A stretch of DNA of 59,307 bases, filler included, from Deltaproteobacteria bacterium (lineage in GTDB: Bacteria > Myxococcota > JACRCW01): NCBI GenBank assembly GCA_016218805.1. It is 3 parts of 3 records of this genome, joined end to end, with 100 filler letters (N's around TTAATTAATTAA, not from the genome) between each part and the next. Parts side by side here need not be neighbours in the genome. Positions count along the whole stretch, not along the records: positions 20,680 to 51,342 come from JACRCW010000096.1; 2 more parts are not named here. One strand, written 5' to 3'. The position numbers and the translations under genes were made by a program. Below, piece by piece: positions 38,691 to 48,062 of this stretch. The notes below the pieces were generated by a model that was not told the DNA's origin, did not search any database, and worked only from the letters and a program-made list of their open reading frames with translations. The number at the start of each line of letters is the position of its first letter. The stretch's first letter is position 1.

Positions 38691-40403
38691 TCAGCGCCCG
38701 GCGCAATGGACGGCAGGGTCAAACAGGACGGGATCCACCAGGCACCCCGCGCCCGGCGCGGGGCCACCGTCGGTGACCTCGCACCGGTCTGGAGGGAGCA
38801 GGCTGACCTTCCCATTGGGCGGGTCCTTCACGTCCGCACTGGCAATGTAGCGCGCGGTCACGCAACCCACGCGGTAGCGCGCCACGTCACCCGGGTCGTC
38901 CAGGGGGACCTCAGTCACGTACACCAGCACGCGGTTCTGGCCCTGACGTCCGCCGGGCAGCGCACGCGTGCTGGCCAGCCGCACGTTGGAGACGGTGAAG
39001 CGGTAGCAGTACTGGGACTGGTCATTGAGACCCAGGTCCTGCAACACGTAGCGGTACCCCAGGTCTGACAGGTTGGCGCTGTCATTGGACCGCGGGTTGG
39101 CGTGCCAGCGCAGTTCCTCGCCGTTGCGGCTGCCGTCAAAGTCCAGGTCCTGCGCCAGGTCATCAATCGTCGGCAGTGTGTCAAACCACACTTCAGGATA
39201 GTCCGGCACGCCATCAAAATCTGTGTCAAACCGCTTGGGGCGCGTGCCCATGTAGCGCTCCTCGCAGTCACGCAGTCCGTCGCCGTCGGCGTCCAGGCGG
39301 TCCACCTCCAACGCGCAGTCCCCGTCAGAGGGATCCAGCGGGTCCAGCCCGGAGGTGCGCAGGCGGTGCTCCAGGAGGTCATTGAAGAAGTCCCCGTCGG
39401 TATCCGCGGACAGCGGGTTGCTGCCAATCTGCGCTTCCTCCGTGTCCGTCAACCCGTCCCCGTCAGAATCCGTGATGTCATCTCCCAGGCCCGGCTTGGC
39501 GTTGAGGTTGGCCACCAGGAGTGTCTTGAGCGTGTACACGCGGCGGTAGCTGGTCACGTCAAACTGCAGGAAGTTGATGTCCCCGCCGTTGCGGAAGTCC
39601 CGGAACACGCCGCCGCCGCGCTGGGCCATGGCCTGCATGCCCGCGCGCGCCAGGTCATAGACGTCCTGGCGCGTGATGCCCGCAGACAGCAGCGCGGTGT
39701 TGAGCTGCAACTGGCGCAGGCGGAAGCGCTTCTTGAGCGCCACAATGTCATCAATGATGTCCCCAATGGACTGCCCGCGGTCATTGGCCGTCACGTCCAG
39801 ATCCGCCAGGCCGTCACTCAGCAGGATGATCACGTAGCGCGCGTTGCCGGCGTCCTGTTCGGACAGGGCGGACATGTCCCGGAACAGCAGCGTGTACGCC
39901 GTGGCCAGCGCCGCCGCGAAGTCCGTGTTGCCCGCGCCCGGATTGCCCGTGCGCAGCGCCGCGCCGCGCGCTTCAGCCAGGTTTGTGGTGAAACCGGGCG
40001 CGCAGTTGACGCGCGTGGGCGTGTACTGGTCACACCGTTCCGTCTCCGGAGTGGTAGAAGCGCCAAATCCAATCACACCAAACTCCAGCCCCACCACGCT
40101 GGAGAGCGCGTCAATGGCATCCAGCAGCGCGCGCACGCGGTGCGCCGCCAGCACGGGCGGGTCCCCCGGCGGGGCAATGTTGGTGTCCGGGTCCGTCACG
40201 TTCATGGACTGGCTGCGGTCCACCAGGAACAACAGCTTCACGGGGAAGTTCAGCGTCTCCGGATTGGTGGTGCAGAACTCACCGTCCACGGTGAGGCGGT
40301 CATCCCGGCGCGCGGGGTCCGGCTTGTCCTCAGGAACAAAGCGCGCCTTGGTGCACGTGGTGACCGCCAGCAGGCCCAGCAGCAGTGGCAGCGCGCGTTT
40401 CAC
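38691..40403 (-). CDS. mtsE: VWA plus TSP3-like Ca-binding lipoprotein (MtsE-like)
   Basis: GTG start overlapping the upstream stop; MIDAS DRSQS, LSDG; DSDGDGL..E..G.NP...DTDGD repeats; paralog of the upstream gene. Confidence 0.65.
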   Translation of the reverse strand: MKRALPLLLGLLAVTTCTKARFVPEDKPDPARRDDRLTVDGEFCTTNPETLNFPVKLLFLVDRSQSMNVTDPDTNIAPPGDPPVLAAHRVRALLDAIDALSSVVGLEFGVIGFGASTTPETERCDQYTPTRVNCAPGFTTNLAEARGAALRTGNPGAGNTDFAAALATAYTLLFRDMSALSEQDAGNARYVIILLSDGLADLDVTANDRGQSIGDIIDDIVALKKRFRLRQLQLNTALLSAGITRQDVYDLARAGMQAMAQRGGGVFRDFRNGGDINFLQFDVTSYRRVYTLKTLLVANLNAKPGLGDDITDSDGDGLTDTEEAQIGSNPLSADTDGDFFNDLLEHRLRTSGLDPLDPSDGDCALEVDRLDADGDGLRDCEERYMGTRPKRFDTDFDGVPDYPEVWFDTLPTIDDLAQDLDFDGSRNGEELRWHANPRSNDSANLSDLGYRYVLQDLGLNDQSQYCYRFTVSNVRLASTRALPGGRQGQNRVLVYVTEVPLDDPGDVARYRVGCVTARYIASADVKDPPNGKVSLLPPDRCEVTDGGPAPGAGCLVDPVLFDPAVHCAGR

Positions 40404-42256
40404 GGCGTCACCGTCATGGGCGGGCCCCAGCACTTCTGCATGGCTTCCGGGTCAAACACGTCCTTGAGCTCAAAGTCCTCCAGCGGCGTGTAGCTGCCCT
40501 TCACCGGGTCCTTGTAGTCCGGCGGCAGGTAGCGGGCCCGGAAGCATGCCACGCGCAGGCGCGTGTCCTGCGTGCCGTTGTCCTGCGGGCTCTCCATCTC
40601 ATACAGCCAGATGTCATTCCAACCCGGCTGCGTGGTCCCGTCCCGCCCCTGCGTGTACATGAGCTGGATGTTGCGGGCGCGCAGATTGAAGCAGCTGCGC
40701 CGGTCCAGCGTCTCGCCGTCATCCTGCATGTTGTAGCGGTAGGAGGCGCGCTCGCGCGCCAGGCGGTCATCCAGGCGCGGGTCCGTGTGGTTGTTCACCT
40801 CCACGCCGTTGGTGAAGCCGTCAAAGTCATAGTCCAGGTCCGCGTCCGGCACATTGGGATCCAGCCCAAACCGGACCTCCACCCCGTCGGGAAGCGTGTC
40901 AAAGTCGCTGTCCGGCAGCTGCGGATTGGTGCCCAGAAAGCGCTCCTCGCAGTCATTGAGCAGGTCATGGTCCACGTCCGTGCGGGCCGCCTGGCCGCAC
41001 GGGTCAAACGGGACCGCCGGGTCCAATGCGTCCATGCCGCGGTCCGCCTGCCGGATCTCCAGCAGGTCCCGGTAGCCATCACCGTCGGTGTCCGAGCGCA
41101 GGAAGTTGGTGCCCAGGCGTTCCTCTTCGTCATCCGAGACGCCGTCACCGTCACTGTCCACCAGCGGACCGGCGGCACCGGGCGCAGCGTTGAGGTTGAT
41201 GGCCAGCACGCGCCGCAGGCCAAATGCGCGCTTGATGGCGGTGTAGTCAAACTGCAGGAAGTCCAGTTCCTCCGGGCGCTGCGCGCGGATGAAATTGCCG
41301 CCGCCCAGCGCCGCCATGGACTGCAGGCGTTCGGCCCCGGCCACCGCGTCCAATGCCAGCAGGTTGCGGATGCCCGCCGGCAGCGTGGGGTTCTCAAGGA
41401 ACACGGCGTGCATCTGGAACTGGCCCACCTCAAACGTGGTGCCCAGGTCCACAATGTCACGGACCAGCTGCTCAATCTGGTACTTGCGGTTGTAGCTGCC
41501 GTTGGTGTTGAGGTCCGTGTACGCGGCCGCCGCGCGCCCGGTCATGTTGAGCTGGTCACGCGGGATGTTGCACAACGGGATCTCCAGCGCGTTTTCACAG
41601 AAGCGCTGCTCAAAGGCCATGGTGCCCACCTGCACGACGGGCGGCGGCGGGTCCGGCTGCCCCGTGATGGGATCGCAGTTGAAGGTGGCGGTGCTGTTGA
41701 AGCCCGCCGTTTCCTCGTCACATGGGCAGCACACCGGGGACGGCTGCCCGTCCGAGAAGAAGATCACCACGTACTTGGTGTTCTGCACCAGCGCGCCGGA
41801 CCGGGTCATGTCCTGCAGCAGCGTCCCGTACGCCAGGCTGAGCGCGGCCTGGTAGTCCGTGAGCACCTCCGCCAACTGCAGCTGTGTGTCCGTGACGTCC
41901 ACCGGGTTGGCAAACGTGCCGTCCGGCGGGACCTGGTAGAGCAGTGAGTTGAACTGGATGACGTTGAACGACACCGACGGGTCACCGTCAAACCGCTGCA
42001 GCAACTGGCGCACCGCGGCCACGCGCAGGCCACCTTCATCCAGGAACTGCAGCGAGCCGGATGCGTCCAGGATCAGCAGGATCTTCACCGGGAAGATCAC
42101 GTCCTCTGGCTTGGCCGTGCAGAACTTGGCGTCCACCGCGACCAGATTGTCCACGGCGGCACGGACTTCTTTCTTGGGCGGCTGCAGGCGCTCCTGCGTG
42201 CACGCAACGGTCGCCAGGAGGAGAGCAAGCGCGACCGGCAGGAGGCGCAGCAGCAT
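40400..42256 (-). CDS. mtsD: VWA plus TSP3-like Ca-binding lipoprotein (MtsD-like)
   Basis: GAGGAGG RBS; TVAC lipobox; MIDAS DASGS, FSDG; DSDGDG repeats. Confidence 0.7.
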   Translation of the reverse strand: MLLRLLPVALALLLATVACTQERLQPPKKEVRAAVDNLVAVDAKFCTAKPEDVIFPVKILLILDASGSLQFLDEGGLRVAAVRQLLQRFDGDPSVSFNVIQFNSLLYQVPPDGTFANPVDVTDTQLQLAEVLTDYQAALSLAYGTLLQDMTRSGALVQNTKYVVIFFSDGQPSPVCCPCDEETAGFNSTATFNCDPITGQPDPPPPVVQVGTMAFEQRFCENALEIPLCNIPRDQLNMTGRAAAAYTDLNTNGSYNRKYQIEQLVRDIVDLGTTFEVGQFQMHAVFLENPTLPAGIRNLLALDAVAGAERLQSMAALGGGNFIRAQRPEELDFLQFDYTAIKRAFGLRRVLAINLNAAPGAAGPLVDSDGDGVSDDEEERLGTNFLRSDTDGDGYRDLLEIRQADRGMDALDPAVPFDPCGQAARTDVDHDLLNDCEERFLGTNPQLPDSDFDTLPDGVEVRFGLDPNVPDADLDYDFDGFTNGVEVNNHTDPRLDDRLARERASYRYNMQDDGETLDRRSCFNLRARNIQLMYTQGRDGTTQPGWNDIWLYEMESPQDNGTQDTRLRVACFRARYLPPDYKDPVKGSYTPLEDFELKDVFDPEAMQKCWGPPMTVTP

Positions 42257-42314
42257 GGTGGCGTGAACCTCCTCGGGGTGGAACGCGGTGTCCGGGGAAG
42301 CCCATCCTAGCGGA

Positions 42315-42348
42315 CGCCCCGCGCGGGAAGATAGCCCCGCGCGGGGCG
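42315..42348. other. GC-rich palindromic pair between mtsC and mtsD
   Basis: gccccgcgcggg at 42316 and perfect palindrome gccccgcgcggggc at 42334-42347; could form an intercistronic stem-loop. Confidence 0.35.
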
Positions 42349-42365
42349 CCGCACCTACCGTTGAG

Positions 42366-43706
42366 TCACTTCCGGCGACGCAGCAGCAGCCCGAGGAGCG
42401 CGAGGCCCGCGAGCATGCTCTCAGCACCGGCCGACGACGCGCACGAGGCGGGGAGCGGCAGCTTGGGGTTGCCTTCCACCTTGACCCTGAAGGTCTGCAC
42501 GTCCTGCCGCTTGCCCAGCTGCTTGGGGTCGTCAAACACCAGCTCGCTCTCCAGGCGGATGGTGTAGTTGCCCGGCTCCGTGGCGGTGAAGAACGGCGTC
42601 TTGTCCACGGTGTAGCGGTATTCCCACGGGCTGGAGAAGGTCACCGCACCGCGCGGGTTGCGCAGGCTCCAACCGCGGTTGCCAGCCGGGGACTCATCCA
42701 CGCTCCACGTGTACTTGATGGCCGTGTTGGCGCGGTTGGAGAACAGGCGCAGGCGCACCGGCTCGCCCGTCTGGACGGTGGCGTCGGGGCCGGGGCGCGC
42801 AAAGAACGGCGCCTCGGGGTCCAGGCAGCGGCCGGCCTCAGGGGAGTCAATGGTGAAGCAGAACTTCGGGTCGCAGCCGTCGCCCAGGCCGTCGCGGTCA
42901 CCGTCGGTCTGGGTGGGGTTGACAGCCAGGCGGCAGTTGTCCAGCTCGTTGGAGACACCGTCGTTGTCCAGGTCGGGGTCGCACATGTTGCCCATGCCGT
43001 CATGGTCCGTGTCGCCCACGTCCAGGCCGGACGTGGTGGGGCAGTTGTCCAGGTTGTCGGGGATGTTGTCGCCGTCAGCGTCACGGTTGCAGGCCGCGCC
43101 CAGCGTGGTGGGGTCGGAAGAGAGCTGCTCAGGGTTGCGCACCAGCGGGCAGTTGTCGGACGGGTCCAGCCAGCCGTCGTTGTCGTCGTCGTCGTCGCAC
43201 AGGTTGCCCAGGCCGTCGCCGTCGGCGTCATCGTCCGTGCCCTGAATGGGGTTGGGGAAGAGGATGCAGTTGTCCATCACGTTGGGAATGCCGTCGCCGT
43301 CCGCGTCATCGTCACACAGGTCGCCCAGGCGGTCGCCGTCCGCGTCGGTCTGCAGCGGGTTGGCGGAGGACGCGCAGTTGTCGCACGCGTCGCCAAAGCC
43401 GTCACCGTCGGAATCTGCCTGGTCACCGTTGTTGGAGAACGGGCAGTTGTCGAAGTCATCCTCCCAGCCGTCGTTGTCGAAATCATCCGAGTACTGGTAG
43501 GTGTCGCCGAGGTCGGTCTGGTTGATGAGGATGCTGCAACCGCAGCCGCATCCGCACCCGCCGCCCGACTGGTTGGGGGTTCCGCAGAAGCCGCCTGCAC
43601 ATTCGCCACTGGCTGACTGCGCCTGGGCCACCGCGGGCACCAGGAACAGGCCAAGAGCAAACGCGAGCGCGGCGATAGCCTTGCCAACGTTCAGGATCGT
43701 GTTCAT
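42366..43706 (-). CDS. mtsC: Thrombospondin type-3 repeat protein with MYXO-CTERM tail (MtsC-like)
   Basis: GGAGGAG RBS; signal peptide; GGGCGCGCG; many DNCP..N..Q.D.DGDG.GD.CD repeats; C-terminal SCASS..LALLGLLLRRRK. Confidence 0.8.
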   Translation of the reverse strand: MNTILNVGKAIAALAFALGLFLVPAVAQAQSASGECAGGFCGTPNQSGGGCGCGCGCSILINQTDLGDTYQYSDDFDNDGWEDDFDNCPFSNNGDQADSDGDGFGDACDNCASSANPLQTDADGDRLGDLCDDDADGDGIPNVMDNCILFPNPIQGTDDDADGDGLGNLCDDDDDNDGWLDPSDNCPLVRNPEQLSSDPTTLGAACNRDADGDNIPDNLDNCPTTSGLDVGDTDHDGMGNMCDPDLDNDGVSNELDNCRLAVNPTQTDGDRDGLGDGCDPKFCFTIDSPEAGRCLDPEAPFFARPGPDATVQTGEPVRLRLFSNRANTAIKYTWSVDESPAGNRGWSLRNPRGAVTFSSPWEYRYTVDKTPFFTATEPGNYTIRLESELVFDDPKQLGKRQDVQTFRVKVEGNPKLPLPASCASSAGAESMLAGLALLGLLLRRRK

Positions 43707-43831
43707 CGCTCTCCTCCTCCGCACAACCCGGGGTGCTGCCCCCGGGACTTGTGGTCGGGACTCGCTGTGCGAGAACCAAGCCAACAACCGCCGGCGGGAA
43801 CGCCGAAAAACATGCTCTATGATCAACGCGT

Positions 43832-43847
43832 TGGCGCGTGTGGTGCA
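43832..43847 (+). promoter_or_regulatory. Possible sigma-54 (-24/-12) promoter
   Basis: TGGCGCG-TGTG-GTGCA has the correct GG/GC spacing relative to TGGCACG-N4-TTGCW; intergenic, oriented toward 43999. Confidence 0.35.
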
Positions 43848-43998
43848 GGCGCCGACATGAAGCGGCATGGGGTGTCCACTCCACACAAGGGGACAGGGCA
43901 CCCCGGTTGGGCCCCGGGTGTGGTGTTGACTCCCCAGGCAGGTGCGGCCCGCGAACCCGGGTGTTGCGGCCGGGGGGACACCGCTAGACTGCGCCGCC

Positions 43999-45342
43999 AT
44001 GGTCATGACCGGCTTTCTGAAGTGGGCACCCTGGTGCCTGGTGGCGACGTGCGCATGCGGACCGGTGGGCCCCGGCGGGACGAGCAGCTCCAGTTCGTCT
44101 TCCAGCAGCAGCGGGTCCGCGGGGATCACCTTCACGTTTGGCGAGGCGGAACCGGTGGGCCCGGATGACCCGTCCACGGCGGGCGGGCTGGCGGTGGCGG
44201 TCCACCCGACGAGCGGCGAGGTGAACGTGCTGTACTTTGTGCAGCTCACCAGCACGCAGACGTGCACCACCAACCTCAACACGCAGCAGATCCCCGAAAG
44301 CGACCTGCGGTTGGCGCGCGGGAACGCGGCCAACGGGTTCACGCAGTCTTCCGTGGACCACCCGCGCTCTGCCGACGGTGTGGCCGCCACGTTTGATGCC
44401 GCGGGGAACCTGGTGGTGGTCTACACCGGCGGGATGAACGGCAGCGGCATCTGCTCCGCGTCTGACCTGGTGCAGGCGGTCCTGAGCGGGACGGGCGCCC
44501 CGGCCATCACCACGCTGGCGCCTGACGGGAACACCGGCGCCACCTGCCGCTCCATCCAGAACGCGTGCAACCGCGGCGACGTGGTGGGCCGCTTCCCGCG
44601 CGTGGCGTTTCTTTCCGACGGCACGCGCGTGGTGAGCACGCAGGACACGCACTACGGCTTCTCCGAACAGTCCGACCGCCGCGGCGCCGACCTGGAGGTG
44701 ATGGTGGGCGGGGCCATGGAGACCGTCGACGAGAGTTCGGGTGCGGGCTACGGCGGCTGGCTGTTTCTGGCGGACGGGCTGCCGGCGGTGGTGCATTCGC
44801 ACATTGCGGACCAGACGTTCACCTCCGGTCCGACCCAGAAGGGCGTGTGGCTGGCGCGGCGTGACGCGGCGGGCGTGTGGACCAGCGTGCTGGTGGACGG
44901 GACCGTGGTCACCGAGGACCCGCTGAGCGCCGCGTGGCACCCGCAGAAGGGCTACGCGCTGGCGTGGCAGGATCCGGTGGGCAATGACCTGGTGATTGCC
45001 ACCAGCGCGGACGGGACGGCGTGGACCAACGAGGTGGTGGATTCGCTGGGGCGGGTGGGCGCGTATCCGTCACTGGCTTTCAGTCACGACACGCTGGTGG
45101 TGGCGTACTACGTGTGCAACGGCCCCACGGACACGGGCGGCAACTGCGTACCGGCCAAGGACGGCGTGCGCTTTGCGTGGAAGGCGGAGGACGGGTGGCA
45201 CTTCAAGATGATCTACAACAACGAGGAAGCGCTGGGCGGCACCGACGTGAAGGTGGCGCTGGACGGCGCGGGCAACCCGGTGGTGGCGTTCAAGAGCCAG
45301 GGCACACGCCGCGTCATGGTGGTGACGGGGAGCGGGTCATGA
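43999..45342 (+). CDS. Beta-propeller-like lipoprotein
   Basis: ATCAC lipobox, poly-Ser linker; repeats of W...VD..G..G.Y.SLA and ALDGAGNPVVAF. Confidence 0.75.
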   Translation: MVMTGFLKWAPWCLVATCACGPVGPGGTSSSSSSSSSSGSAGITFTFGEAEPVGPDDPSTAGGLAVAVHPTSGEVNVLYFVQLTSTQTCTTNLNTQQIPESDLRLARGNAANGFTQSSVDHPRSADGVAATFDAAGNLVVVYTGGMNGSGICSASDLVQAVLSGTGAPAITTLAPDGNTGATCRSIQNACNRGDVVGRFPRVAFLSDGTRVVSTQDTHYGFSEQSDRRGADLEVMVGGAMETVDESSGAGYGGWLFLADGLPAVVHSHIADQTFTSGPTQKGVWLARRDAAGVWTSVLVDGTVVTEDPLSAAWHPQKGYALAWQDPVGNDLVIATSADGTAWTNEVVDSLGRVGAYPSLAFSHDTLVVAYYVCNGPTDTGGNCVPAKDGVRFAWKAEDGWHFKMIYNNEEALGGTDVKVALDGAGNPVVAFKSQGTRRVMVVTGSGS

Positions 45343-45809
45343 TGGGCCGCGGCTGGTGGCGCGCGCTGGTGCTGGCCGCCGTCACGGCGTGCGGCGGGCC
45401 GCAGTGCCTGCCCAGCTTCCTGGGCAACACGCTGGAGGGCAGCGTGGGCAGCCAGCAGGACCTGCAGTTTGACGAGGTGGAAATCCGGCGTTTCCCCGGC
45501 GGGGAGATCCAGGTGCGCTACAAGCGCACGTCCGGCGGGAACAACGAGATTGTGGCGCAGGTCACCGTGCAGGTCCCGTCCGAGGGCATCACCTACGGGC
45601 GGGACATTGACCTCACCACGCACAACGGCAGCGTCACCCGGGTCATCCAGGACGGGACGGACTACCCGCCGCTCAAGAGCGGTTCCATCCGGTTTGACAG
45701 CGGCGGCGTGAATGACGGGGATGCCACGCGCGGCCGGTTCGCGGCGACGTTTGACAACGACCGCACGCTCAACGGCACGTTCGACGCCAAGCTCCAAGTG
45801 GTGCAGTGA
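45339..45809 (+). CDS. Hypothetical lipoprotein
   Basis: ATGA-coupled; VTAC lipobox; beta-sandwich pattern ending LNGTFDAKL. Confidence 0.75.
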   Translation: MMGRGWWRALVLAAVTACGGPQCLPSFLGNTLEGSVGSQQDLQFDEVEIRRFPGGEIQVRYKRTSGGNNEIVAQVTVQVPSEGITYGRDIDLTTHNGSVTRVIQDGTDYPPLKSGSIRFDSGGVNDGDATRGRFAATFDNDRTLNGTFDAKLQVVQ

Positions 45810-45876
45810 TTTCCCTTGCGGGTCCGGAATCCGTTGAGTTCAGGAATCCGTCTTTTGCCCGGCTTTCCGCCGCCTC

Positions 45877-46380
45877 TCACCCGCCAACGCGTTGCCCTGC
45901 CTTCCACCACCGCTCCCGGTCCTTGCCCTTGGGGCCGTCGCGCAGCGCCACCCACTCCGCGTCCCCGCGCGCCAGCGCCGCTGCGATGTACGCGCAGACC
46001 GCGTCCTTGGGCACCTCGGTGGCGGCCTCAGCCAGAGCAGCGTGCGCGCTGAACGCCAGGCGCGCGACGGCGCCGTCATCGTCAAGGACCACCTCCCGGT
46101 AGTGCTCGCGGGTGAACTGGAAATCCGTTTCCCCTGGAGTGGCGACGGAGACCGGGCCAAACCGCCCGACGTCAACGTGTGCCAGCGTGGCCGGAGGGCG
46201 TTGCGTGAAGGAGACGAAATGCTCTGCGTGGGTGCGAACACATTCCGCCTGCTCCACCTCGTAGCAGGAAAGCCGGTGGTCGTACCCGCCATCCTTGTGG
46301 GCGAACTCCGCCTGGAGGAAGGTCAACGCGTCCGTCTCTGGGGCCAACGAGGTTTTGCGCTTCAACACGCGGATGAGCAC
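45877..46380 (-). CDS. Hypothetical protein, putative ADP-ribosyltransferase-fold toxin
   Basis: GTG 4 nt after the upstream stop; 167 aa; LIR, F..D...LSCY and late EHYREV pattern; fold inferred. Confidence 0.55.
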   Translation of the reverse strand: MLIRVLKRKTSLAPETDALTFLQAEFAHKDGGYDHRLSCYEVEQAECVRTHAEHFVSFTQRPPATLAHVDVGRFGPVSVATPGETDFQFTREHYREVVLDDDGAVARLAFSAHAALAEAATEVPKDAVCAYIAAALARGDAEWVALRDGPKGKDRERWWKAGQRVGG

Positions 46381-46384
46381 ACCC

Positions 46385-46846
46385 CTACTCCGCGAGCGCG
46401 TCCAGGGCATCCGCCGCCACACCGCGGACAATCGCGCTCGGATCCTGCTTCGCCATGTCGCCAATGAGAGCAAGCGCTTCGTCCCCACCAAGCTGTGCGG
46501 CTCCCAGGACCACGCCTTCCCGCACCATCGGGTGCGGGTGCCGGGCAAGTTGGGTGAGGGCTGATGTGGCCAGGCCTTTGTCCTCAAGCAGGCCCAGCGT
46601 CTCCGCCACATAGGTCAGGTCAGCCGGTCCAAGGCGGCCATGGAAAGCCAGGTTCACCAAGTCCACCGGCTTCTCCGCGGCCAGGCGACGCAGAATGCTC
46701 TCGCCCATCGGGCGCCCGGACCCCGGCTCCTCGTTGCAGATGAACCCCGCAAACGGCGCCATGGTAGCGGCACTGGGGTGCCAGCGCGCGGTGGGCACGT
46801 CATCGGAAAACCAGCTTGGTGCTAACGCGGCCACGCTTCCCTCCAT
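46385..46846 (-). CDS. HEAT-repeat protein
   Basis: HPHPMVREGVVLG and DPSAIVRGVAADAL PBS-lyase HEAT repeats; overlaps the upstream stop; likely start GTG 46834 after GGAGG. Confidence 0.7.
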   Translation of the reverse strand: MEGSVAALAPSWFSDDVPTARWHPSAATMAPFAGFICNEEPGSGRPMGESILRRLAAEKPVDLVNLAFHGRLGPADLTYVAETLGLLEDKGLATSALTQLARHPHPMVREGVVLGAAQLGGDEALALIGDMAKQDPSAIVRGVAADALDALAE

Positions 46847-47583
46847 TTCCGCTTGTAGTCCTCGGTGGTCACTTCATCAAAGACCTGATTGGCCATGGCG
46901 TGTGCCTGATTGAACCAGGCGTCCATGTCGGCCCCCCGCGCTGAGGTCTTCGACGTCAACTCGAAGAACGCCAGCTTGGCCATGTCGGGGAGACGCTGGA
47001 CGGGACTCTGGATGTTGAGGTGTAGGACTCCAGCGTCTTGCGGGAACGGCACATCCAGCATGAGCGCGCCCCCGCTGACCCTTGATTCGGCACCGGCCAA
47101 GCGCAGTTCGAATGGCGCCATGGGGTCGCCGTCAAGCGGCACATGGTTGATGTACGTCAGTTCATAGCCGGTGGGCGTGACTGCGCCCCGGCCCGCCGTG
47201 GCGGCGTACTCACTGAACGCCGCAAGCGCGTCCTTGAAGAACTGGAATGTGGGCCCAAACGACGGGCATTTGTCCGCGGGCTGGACGCGTCGCCAGTTGG
47301 CAAGGAAGCGATCCGGCTGCACCTGCACCAACCGGTTGGCCCCCGGCTCGATGTACATGACCCGCCTGTGGTCCGGCACCGGTTCGCCGAGTTGCAGGAC
47401 AATGCCGGCGGTCTCTGGGGGCATGGGCGCGCGGTCCTGGTACTCGCGGAACCTGGCGGCAAACGCGGGCGTGTCGGCCAAGCGGCCAAAGTCAATGGAG
47501 CGCCACCGCAGCGGACCGAACTGGACGCCGCACACGACCTCCACGATGGGCGCGTGGGGATACCTGGAGGCGGACGTGGTCAT
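46822..47583 (-). CDS. TIGR04255 family protein
   Basis: YPHAPIVEVVCGVQF, LVQVQPDRFLANWRR, ELTYINHV, WFNQAH..F...T hallmark motifs. Confidence 0.85.
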   Translation of the reverse strand: MTTSASRYPHAPIVEVVCGVQFGPLRWRSIDFGRLADTPAFAARFREYQDRAPMPPETAGIVLQLGEPVPDHRRVMYIEPGANRLVQVQPDRFLANWRRVQPADKCPSFGPTFQFFKDALAAFSEYAATAGRGAVTPTGYELTYINHVPLDGDPMAPFELRLAGAESRVSGGALMLDVPFPQDAGVLHLNIQSPVQRLPDMAKLAFFELTSKTSARGADMDAWFNQAHAMANQVFDEVTTEDYKRKWREAWPR

Positions 47584-47772
47584 GGGCGGGTCCCTTTCCG
47601 CAGGTCCGGGCTTGGCGCATCAAGCGGCGAAAGCCACCCCAAGTGTAGGACCGCCACAGTGGCCCCATGCTCCTGGTCCGTCATTGGGTTCTCCCGGCGG
47701 GTTGAGACTCTGCGCCACGTCCGGGCCGGTGATCAACGGCCGCTCCCTGGCGAAGATGCTGGTTCGCTTCAA

Positions 47773-47962
47773 TTGAGCGGCTACACCGCGGTTGCTCCAC
47801 GACATGTTGAAACTGCGCGCGGGCCAGGCCGCCGTGGCCGAATGGGAGACCATCCACGGGCCTCTCACCGCCGCCGAGGTCGCCGCCGGTGAGGCTGCGC
47901 TGGACCGCATTACTGGGCGCGCGGGCGCGGCAAAGGGTGGTTGTGGACGTCGCCGTCGTTGA
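47773..47962 (+). pseudogene. Remnant of a CopG/RHH-type type II antitoxin
   Basis: 47804-47962 encodes MLKLRAGQAAVAEWETIHGPLTAAEVAA; LSGY in another frame just upstream; no intact N-terminus or cognate toxin. Confidence 0.45.
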
Positions 47963-48062
47963 AGGAGCAGCGCGCCGGGGCGACGAGGTGTGACCTCCCA
48001 AGGCCGCGCTGTTTTGCGGCGCAGCTTGACCCGCCAGTGAGCGGCGTGGAACGAACCACGGC

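Noticed and set aside
42366..44390. Long N-terminal extensions in the ORF track (also 3652, 17011, 20288, 23928, 35298, 48532)
   Set aside because: Internal starts with an RBS and signal peptide or domain boundary fit better, and most extensions overlap other genes.
45810..48000. IS element, integron or prophage explaining the foreign islet
   Set aside because: No transposase, integrase, terminal inverted repeats, attC sites or target duplication were recognisable.
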